Origin: Amoeboaphelidium protococcarum X5
Lineage: Eukaryota > Fungi > Aphelidiomycota
Assembly (NCBI GenBank): GCA_023515725.1
Contig: JALDTO010000208.1
Span: 233,391-297,390 of the forward strand
Direction of reading: 5' to 3'
Length of the DNA: 64,000 bases
The notes beneath the pieces were generated by a model that had not been told where the DNA came from, ran no database searches, and saw only the letters and a program-made list of their open reading frames with translations. This document shows, piece by piece, positions 55,172 through 64,000 of this stretch (the first letter of the stretch is position 1; each line of letters begins with the position of its first letter). The position numbers and the translations under genes were made by a program.

Positions 55172-55237
55172 TAATGATGATGAAGAAGAATGTTAATCTA
55201 TTTTGATTACGTTATAAGACTGTTTAATGATACATGC

Positions 55238-55954
55238 TCAGAGAAATTTCACACCAGTCTCCGTGACATCTCCATTACTAGATTTCAGAATTTACACTTT
55301 ACTCTTCCGCTCTAATACTTATAGAACCATGATCATCAAGTTGAACTCCATACCATAGAATTCTACATACTTAATGATTATAGCAGACGCATGATATTCA
55401 AAAGTTTTAATTTAATGCTAACCTTCCATGGTTGTCTCATCACCCTGTGTGAGCTCATAAATTGTAAGAATTTATCCTTGCATGTGTCTAACAGACGCCT
55501 ACAGACATTATGAAATTAATTATACCATTTAACGTACGTATGGTAACTGAGAATACTGAGAGCTTACCCATTAGAGCATATATTCTGCCCACTCATCGAC
55601 AGACTACCAGAGCACGAAGACTGAGCTAATCTTGTCGGAACGGTCAATCTGAAACTTGCCCACGTCCAGTAAATGTTTATACAGAGCATTGATCAAATCT
55701 GTGGATGCCTTTCGCTATATATTGGTATTAGAAAATATTTCTAGTCCACTATACTGATTAAGAGTCAACTTGAATCGCTTCTAATCTTTGAGATGGTTCA
55801 TCAGCAGATTGGTCCATGCATCTCTCTACTTGATCCACGTCTATGGCGTAGGCTATTTACTACACAATTTACATTTACGAACGTTATTACAGATAAACTC
55901 CGAGATGTATTACGTGAAGAATGGCGGGAAACTGTATATAGCCGGAAGTTCCAT
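55238..55954 (-). CDS. VPS25: ESCRT-II subunit Vps25, three short introns
   Basis: YSFPPFFT|KQP, LWQSVDEWAEYM, LTIYELTQGDE, EFYGM, GVKFL-TGA. Confidence 0.88.
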
Positions 55955-56620
55955 TTGGTGATAATGCGTTTATCAAAAAGTTGACCGAAATTCTAATATA
56001 CGAAATTAAAACTTCAGAACGCGTTAGTTTAGATGTGCCAAGTTTGGCATCTCTTATCTTTTATAAAAACTGTAGACTTTGAATGCTAGCAATTTCATTA
56101 CGATAAAACAAGAGTTATACTTATGCAAAACGAAATTATAAAACGCCAATGATAGAAGCGTAATATTTAAAGATGTTTGACAATCACCAAATGAAAATCC
56201 AAGATTCTCGGCATTACCTATAAAGAGACAAAAGTGTTGAAACTGATGCAATGTCAGTAAGAATCAACCGAGTTCAGGGTCATTGAAAAAGCGCGCGCGA
56301 GTCGTCGTTCATTTGGCGATTCAAAGTGACGAAACATCCGCAGTGGCAGGAACAGAACAGAAAATAGTTAACCGAAATCGCGTGAAAAATTTCAATCGGC
56401 ATCGGGAAACGGGAACGAGCGATGAACTAAATTGAATAGAAGAGAGCGAACGAGCGAGCAGAGCAACGTCAAAAGAGATATTTGCGCTGACGACGGCGGC
56501 TGTTGATTTTTTTCGTTTGTCTTTGTACTTGTTGGATCCGATCGATAAACTTTACGCTTTACTATCTTCTGTATTTGACGGACAGTGTCGACTTTATACT
56601 CTAAATAAACTAAAAGCACA

Positions 56621-57651
56621 ATGGGTGAAGGAAAGAAAGTTGCTGATAAGGCCAAGAAGGGCGATGACAAGGGACCATACGGTTTCTTGGCTGACTTTTT
56701 ACTGGGTGGTGTGTCTGCTGGTATCTCCAAGACTGCCGCTAGTCCAATCGGTATGATTTACTTGATTATAGGTTGATCTAATGTCTATTATTCATTCATT
56801 TTTGTTGTTGTTGTGTAGAGCGTGTTAAGCTTCTGATCTAGAACCAGGATGAGATGATCAAGCAGGGTCGTCTGGCTGAGCCTTACAAGGGCATTGGTGA
56901 CTGCTTCCGTCGTACCATCAAGGATGAAGGTTTTATCTCCATGTGGCGTGGTAACTCTGCCAATGTCATTCGTTACTTCCCTACCCAGGCTTTGAACTTT
57001 GCATTCAAGGACTACTTCAAGAAGATGTTCAATGCCAAGAAGGAGAAGGGATACTGGACCTGGTTCGCTGCCAATTTGGCTAGTGGTGGTGCTGCTGGTG
57101 CAAGTTCTCTGGCTTTCGTCTACTCTCTGGATTATGCACGTACCCGTCTGGCCAATGATGCCAAGTCTGCAAAGAAGGGTGGTGAGCGTCAGTTTAACGG
57201 TCTGATCGATGTCTACCGTAAGACTTTGGCTTCCGATGGTATTGCCGGCCTGTACCGTGGTTTCGTCATCTCCAGTGTTGGTATCATTGTGTACCGTGGT
57301 CTGTACTTTGGTATGTACGACTCGCTGAAGCCTGCTCTGCCTGCTCAGTACCGTGACAACTTCTTGGCCAACTTTGCTCTTGGTTGGGGTGTTACCACTG
57401 GTGCTGGTCTGGCCAGTTACCCAATTGACACTGTCCGTCGTCGTATGATGATGACCAGTGGTGCTGCTGTCAAGTACAGAAACTCTATGCACGCTTTCAG
57501 TGAGATTATCGCCAAGGAGGGTGTCAAGTCTCTCTTCAAGGGTGCTGGTGCTAACATCTTGCGTGCTATTGCCGGTGCTGGTGTCCTGTCTGGTTATGAC
57601 CAGTTGCAGCTCATCTTCTTTGGTAAGACTTACGGTGGTGGAAGTGCTTGA
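56621..57651 (+). CDS. AAC: Mitochondrial ADP/ATP carrier, intron 56752-56818
   Basis: [15 protein letters not shown](TAG=Q)[25 protein letters not shown] signature. Confidence 0.98.
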
Positions 57652-57810
57652 GCGTAGTATTCAATCACATGATATCTTAAGGGAAATAAAGTCGAAAATT
57701 ATACTTTTACTTGGCTTTAAATCTTTTTATTCTTTTGCAGCTCTTTCAATGTCAGTTACCTTTTTATACTTCTCGACTTCAAAGCACTTAGCCAGGCATA
57801 CTGAATATGC

Positions 57811-59061
57811 TCAGTCAGATTCGTCATCTTCATCTGCAATCTCCAACCACTCGACAAATGGCTTGGCAATCTTGCGGAATTCCTTATTCAAGTCCTTATC
57901 CACGTAACGCTTCGAAGACTTTTGGCTCCAACTGATGATAACTTCTTCGTCCAGAAGATCAGCTTCATATGCCTCTTTGAGCACTATAACAAACTTACTC
58001 TTCAATTGAGGATAGTTCACGCCCAACACACGTTCCACGCCTCCGATGAAAGCTTTCTAACACTTTTCGTTGTCAACAAGTAATTTGAGGAAATACTAAG
58101 CCTTCTTTGGGACTTGCTGCACAATTCCATCATCGAAGAGTACTTGAACCATCACAGCGACTGCCTTGTCTGGGCGTATACCAAGCGACGATATCTTGCC
58201 ATGTAATTCTGCAGGCGTAAAACTTTTAGTGTTCTACATATAGTCGGCCAATTACTCGAGTGGATCATCTCCACCATCTTCACCGTCATCTTCTCCATCG
58301 TCATTCAGATTCATCTTCTTACTCACAACCTCAGAGATTTACTCAAACTCAGCCTGGCGAGCAGCAACCGCCTCCTCACTCACATCTGCACTCCAGTCAT
58401 CCAGAGAACTCTTGATCTGATCCACAGGTATATCTGCAGTCTATTGGTTGATTTGACGCGTAATTTCATCGTGATTCTCTTCATCATCGTCAAGATCATC
58501 GTCATCAAGCAGCTCGTCGTCTCCGCCATTTTCTTGATCACCAGATAGATCATCAGCGGAACCTTTACTCTTTTTGCCCTTCTTCTTGCTATCACCATTA
58601 GCATCATAAATGCTAGAGCTGGTAGGCGGATTCTTCTGGATATAAGTCACCAGCTTGTGTCTCATATCAACTCTGGTTCTCTTGCCGCAAGCTTTACAAT
58701 CGCGTAAAATCTCGTCTTTTCCCACCAGAAGCACAGTCTCTGGATTAAGACACTCACCACAGAGCACAAATCTCTGAATAAAGCCATCAAGAGCCACCTG
58801 TAGCTTTTCCGCATCATGTGCACCATTGACAATGTATCTATCGGCAGCCTCGTTGCATTTCACTTGTGCTCCCAGCTCGCATCCGAAATACTTTGTGGTG
58901 TAAGTAGGTGGGCGCTCTAAAGCCTTGGCCACCTCACTCATGTTGGGAATGGCAGTCTTGATTCCATTACCTTTACCTTCAATCTTGCTCTAGATACGCG
59001 GCATTTTATAGCGGTAAAAGGAGTCCTTAACATCTCTACGAATATTAACTAAGCCGGACAT
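57811..59061 (-). CDS. TIF5: Translation initiation factor eIF5
   Basis: [31 protein letters not shown]2C2 finger, W2 domain ending [16 protein letters not shown]. Confidence 0.97.
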
Positions 59062-59908
59062 GATCTTGATTGCGTTAAGTGGCGATTAACATAAACTGAT
59101 TTAAATTTTGGATAGATTTTCGCTTTAAAAGATGCACACGAGCAGAAAGAAGAGAGAACAGGAAAAAAAAACAGAAGAGATAACAGAACAATCAAAGAGA
59201 AGGCACAGAAGTTGATGCCCCTAGTCGTTAATATGACATTTAGAATTACACTATTTTATATAACAATAATACGTAAAATATATCAAATAATCCTTAGTCT
59301 CTTTTTCTCCTTCGCATACTGCTCTCTTGCTTTCTCTCTCTACTCGATCAAGTACCGCTCCCGTATGAATTGTTCCCAAAAGGCGATTTGTGAATACTTT
59401 AATACATCTTAGGCCAAAATGCCTTCATTCGAAAGCGATTGCATCAAACATCCAAAGAATCTCTCTTATCTTAAGAATCAACGTCAACAGCAACACGTAC
59501 TGTGGTTCACCAAGATTCTTGATCTACTTTTGCAAGGAGCACTTACGCTAGTATGCATTTATAATCTGTCCAATATAAACTTTAACATCATCATAATTTA
59601 CAAAATCACATAAATTTCTTCCTTGATGAGTAGACCATATCTAGATGTAGACGCAGTTCTTGGTGGCTGAGACGCGATTAACAGCATTGATTGGTTTCAA
59701 TCGGACCATTGACAAGACGTAAAGTTTCAGTATCGACTACTTGACATAGCAAGTGGAGACCATCGTTGAAAAATACCCGATCAATTTAAAAGTGTTGACA
59801 ATAAATGTCGTATAAGTTTATACTGATATGGATAACTCTTTTCACCATAAGACAAAAATTATGTTTAGGAACTACGGCGAGCTCATTATTGATCCGCACC
59901 TTAGTGTA

Positions 59909-60035
59909 CTGTAAATCAAGTCTGAATTCAAACTATAAGTTTTTTTGATCAAATTCAAGCTTATTCAAACCTTACTGTATTTTTCACGTTTTAAGCGAAT
60001 CACAGTATATGTCAGGTGCGCCTTCCGGCGCGACG
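59909..60035 (-). ncRNA. Candidate Fanzor omegaRNA scaffold (boundaries uncertain)
   Basis: Minus-strand hairpins: GCGCC-GGAA-GGCGC over the last codons; TACTGTG-A-TTCGC-loop-GTGAA-AAA-TACAGTA; TTGAATTTGA..TTTGAATTCAG. Position matches known Fanzor loci. Confidence 0.5.
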
Positions 60036-62291
60036 ATTCCAGTCAGGGCGTCTTCTAGTCTCCGCAAAATACACCACTATCAGCAGCATATTTAAACTTG
60101 CGTTGACATCCCGATCCACAAAGTAAGGTTGGCCTAAGACCTAGCAATTTGAGCAAACGCTAAGCCTAGACTCCACCTACTTCTGTTGACGGTCAGGACA
60201 GTTGGACGAGACTTACAGAAAGGAGCCAGAAGCATCAAAGCAACAGAGGACAGGGTGGGACTTTTCAGGGACGCGCCTTCTCCTCTTCGTATGGTGACAG
60301 TCGTAAACACCAACCTTTTCTAACCGAAGTCCATGATGGCAACATGAGCAGAGCTTTGTAGTGTGATATTCGGGAATGGAGACGACCAATCCACGACGAC
60401 TGAGGTGGTACGCAAAGCCTCTAACGGGTACTGGCGGATTCTTCTTGACATGCATCACACCAGCATTGCCGTAAGCGATCACAGGAGGCTTCGTTGGAGC
60501 AGCAGGGTCAACCATTCTCTCATGCTTCTTCCTCTACTTCTTCTTTCGCCTTCTGGCACGCTTCCTACGCCGGTGATCATGCACTACAGCAGCTTAAGGC
60601 GTCTCCCTGCCGTGTAGCATGTGGTTCATCACGTTGTCGTATCCAGACTACGTTGCGCAGTACCGACGGAAACGCCAAGATCTGTGGAATGAGGAGGAGT
60701 AGAAATCCACAACCTGAGGGAAATTTGCCATTAGGACATTGAGGTATTAACGCTTAGAGGAGACTTACGCCAGATCGTTCTCATAAACGTTGATACTTAC
60801 GGGCTTAATTCTTGATGCAGCGGCCTCATACTATTTCTCCAAGGTCAATTTACGCCAATGACCAGCAGTGATATGACCAGTCCGGCGATACTTTTACTAA
60901 GCAAGAGAGCGATTGGCAGCTAGGACAGGGTCGCGATCTTTGGTCCACACCATCGGATTCTTCTTGCCAGGATCCACGCCAAAAACTTGAGCACCTTCCA
61001 TCCTTTCAGCGAGTTTCTTGGCGTCAGTGAGATAGACAGCACCAAACAGCTTCCCAGACACGTCAGACTATCTGTTACTTTCCAGGTCACTCTTCACATT
61101 AGCGTATTGCCAAGGCCTATCCTTGACTTTGACAGCAATGGAACATCCGTATCCATCAGAAAGCAGCGTGACTTCGTCCACATCAACTGCAATCTTCCGA
61201 AGTCTGGTCTTCTTCAGGTTGATAATGGACTTGACAGAACAGTCAGAGAGAGATTAGATGCCAGAGTAGTGCAAGACTCTCCTGTCCACTTACACATATC
61301 GTGGGACATCAGTGCCCATAGGAAAGATGCTGAAGGAGGGCACCTCAAGCCCTTTGGTCTCATCACGCAGATACCCCATATATTGCACAAGTGACTACTA
61401 CCCCATCAGACTGTCGAAGGCAGGCCCAGCGCGAGACTTCATACTTAGTTGCTGACGACTTCGCGCTCTAACTTGTCGGTGGACACCAACTTTCTTTTCC
61501 AGATTTCGAGGACTCCTTCTCTGCATTACATATTCACGACGAGGCTCTGGAGGCTCATATGAGGAGGTGACAATATCTAAGAGAAAACTACGGTGAACTT
61601 TTGTAAACCAGACCAGATCTTCATCCCAATCCATCTGATCATAGATCTGCGATACCAATTCTGCATCAGCCACCTCCTAATGTTCCTGATCGTCAGCATC
61701 GTACTCCGCAGAAATGGAGACTTTAACCGAGCGGTCTAACAGCAGCAACTCTGGATGATCAAACTGAAATGCCTCACTTGGATTGTCAAATTTGAGAGCA
61801 TTCAGTAGCGCAATATACAGAGTCAGCTTGCGCCCAGTGATTCCAAATGGCTCTAGCTAAGCCTGTAAGATGCGTTTCTGATACACAAATATGGTAGTAG
61901 TCAGATGCCATCTTACAGCTTGCATAACGCGCCTAGCACCAAATTCATACAGGTTGGGATTGGGACCAGCCAAAGACGCGTGATGTAATTATTCCAGGAC
62001 AGCAGGGCCTATCGCATCACCAAGTAACTGGGTGTGGAAACTTTGACGATCATGAGGAAACTATGGATTGCAGAGGAACTCAAGCATCGACGCTACGTAT
62101 TGCTGGTGAGACAGGTCAGGTAATTAGGTGCCTTCTTCTTGCCAAACATTAAGACAGATGTACAGGAATCGTTAAGCCGAGGACAGAGAGGTGGAGCAGG
62201 TTTTGACGAAGGCGATCAACGCAGACTTATCGAAAGCATCAAGATTTAAAGCAGTATTGAGCTTGCATTTACGGGTAATTTCATAAACCAT
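60012..62291 (-). CDS. Fanzor1-type RNA-guided RuvC endonuclease (TnpB/Cas12 homolog), 759 aa
   Basis: One ATG..TGA ORF in table 6; FSIFP, LSDGYGCSI, RuvC-I VFGVDPG, IAYGNAG, RuvC-II IPEYHTTKLCSCC, CSNC, RuvC-III VDRDVNASLNM, terminal RRPDW.R. Confidence 0.92.
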
Positions 62292-63285
62292 GGTAAAATA
62301 ATTAAATAAAATAATTAGAAGAAGAAGAAGAAAGTGTCTGCTCAATATCGAAAGTCATTAAGTTCTCTGTTACATTCATATCTTGGCATTCTTCCTTAAT
62401 AGGATAGAGCCTGTTGTGACCAGTACGCTGACTAGATCAGGCGTTACATCAACACTTTACATCGATCGCACAAATTTCTTTATCAATACCATACCAACGA
62501 AACTCCGATTTGAAGTCTACTGTATGTTCAAAGAATTCAAATTGTGTTTGTATGGCGCAGGCGGTGTCCAATTGTGTCCTTCACGCGCCATTTTAAAATG
62601 CTATTCTTTGAAACACCGATCGGTATGTGGCCAGCCAATAATTAGACCATGGCTCGCATAAAGATCATGAAACTCTTATTCAATTAAGTGGGTGGATATC
62701 AGAAGTCCATATAACCGAGTTTGAACCAGCGCAACGAGGTAGAATCGATATTAAATTCCCGCTTGTCTCGCCTCTTTTATTGATCTAGTGTATATCTCTC
62801 ACCACTTTCTTCTGACGTGCTAAGTGATAAGTCATACGCAACTGAGTAGTGCAGATACAAATGGACTTTCTAGCCATAATATATAACGAATTGTACCAAT
62901 ATTATATAATTCCTCATCATATTTAAAACAGCTAAAAGTCCATAAGGGTGAAGAGAATTTTGATACTGACAGCGATGACTTTTGTTAATCTTTATGGCAT
63001 TGGCAACAGTGAGCTCGTCTAGAGTTGATTCTGATTATCAGAATATGATACTTCTCAGATTTAAACCTGACGTTAAAGGAGCTTTGTAGACAAATGGTGC
63101 AGTGTCAACAAAGAACATCAATTAATGCCAAATAGCCGATATATTATTTACGAACAGTAGTCTCTACTTGATTCAGAAATACATTGACGTGGCTGAACAA
63201 AGATACTCCTCAAACCATTATTTGTAAGCGTAGAAAGGCGCGCTTATATATAATACACCGTACTAAAGTGTCCGTACGCACACTT

Positions 63286-64000
63286 TCATTTTTAAGTGGC
63301 CTCAGATTCATACATTACTCTGAAGCTATTTAAAACAACACGCTTAGGTACGCTAGTCCAGGATTTAATGATTGATTTCATTAAATGCTCAATTCTCTCT
63401 TTACTCGTCGCCGATGAATTAATGCTGAATGTATTCATGCTGGAACTGAACATTGTCCTCAAACGGGATTTAAATGAACGATTGACGGCTATGTCTAGAG
63501 GCTGCAATTCGCCAGTGAGGCCGCCCGGTATGACTGCTCTAATGATGTTTAATGACTTGCAAGTATCGGCAAAATCTTACGCCAGATGGCCTCTGAATGA
63601 ATCAAGAATTAAGAGTCGTTGCTCTCTGGATTATCCAAAGATTAACTTCATGTATTTGCTCATTAAATCGCTGTTCATCATGGAAGACCTGGGATTCAGA
63701 AATAACATGACACCATTCACAAGTTTCAATCTAAATCGCTTCTGCGATGTCTTGACAACTACCAACGGCGGCAATTTGTACCCATCTTAACGTACTGCAA
63801 GTACGACGGTTGCCTTTTCACGCAAGTTGCTAACCATCGATTTGCAGTACACTTACTTTGCTCCACGATGATCGATAACCTTAGACGGAGGATGATCGAA
63901 CCACACAGGTGTCTGATCCACATTGTAAATCTAAAGATCAGAAAACTAATGCTGATAGATCACATCTTTGATATATGTGCGGAATGCGGCCATCTTTTCT
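63286..64000 (-). CDS. pogo-superfamily DD35D transposase (DDE_1), 5'-truncated by window edge
   Basis: IYNVDQTPVWFD, ATVVLAVRQDGYKLPP, LILDSFRGH, IPGGLTGELQPLDIAVNRSFK; 35 residues between 2nd and 3rd Asp. Confidence 0.92.

Larger units (their letters stand above)
59909..64000 (-). mobile_element. Putative pogo-Fanzor DNA transposon (left end outside window)
   Basis: Co-oriented transposase and Fanzor ~1 kb apart with no recognisable host gene between; candidate ends TA|CTGTA at 59907 and 59973. Confidence 0.55.

Noticed and set aside
56788-57492. 234-aa minus-strand ORF and similar long antisense ORFs (23997-24506, 41466-41894, 60987-61394, 63296-63790)
   Set aside because: Shadows of real genes on the opposite strand
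59600-60011. CRISPR-like or tandem guide array downstream of Fanzor
   Set aside because: Only two short TACTGTA copies, with no regular repeat-spacer periodicity
62300-63280. Third gene between transposase and Fanzor
   Set aside because: Only short ORFs (<100 aa) without recognisable features in the frames read
1-64000. Interpretation as mass pseudogenisation or sequencing error
   Set aside because: Interruptions are only TAA/TAG, fall on conserved Gln sites, and frames stay intact to a TGA

Overview
Gene-dense eukaryotic nuclear DNA, fungal-like and early-diverging, with few short GT-AG introns. The supplied ORF track is fragmented because TAA and TAG encode Gln and only TGA terminates (translation table 6). 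Invariant Gln residues in ADE12, MSH6, a TBC RabGAP, SPO11, RKI1, ABCG and the ADP/ATP carrier are all TAA/TAG. The best-known holomycotan with this code is the aphelid Amoeboaphelidium protococcarum, so that source is an inference. Re-reading by hand with this code gives 34 host genes between 1 and 59061, including SPO11, REC114-like, DBF4, MSH6, MPP10, URA4, ADE12, eIF5 and VPS25. The right end holds the most interesting item. It is an intact 759-codon Fanzor1-type (eukaryotic TnpB/Cas12-like RNA-guided RuvC) gene at 60012-62291 (-), invisible as a whole to standard-code ORF callers. It is followed by hairpins and a candidate TA-flanked transposon end (putative omegaRNA) and preceded in the same orientation by a pogo-type DD35D transposase running off the window. 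An unexplained ~1 kb TATA-preceded, apparently non-coding, structured segment lies at ~12190-13250. All coordinates were derived by hand.
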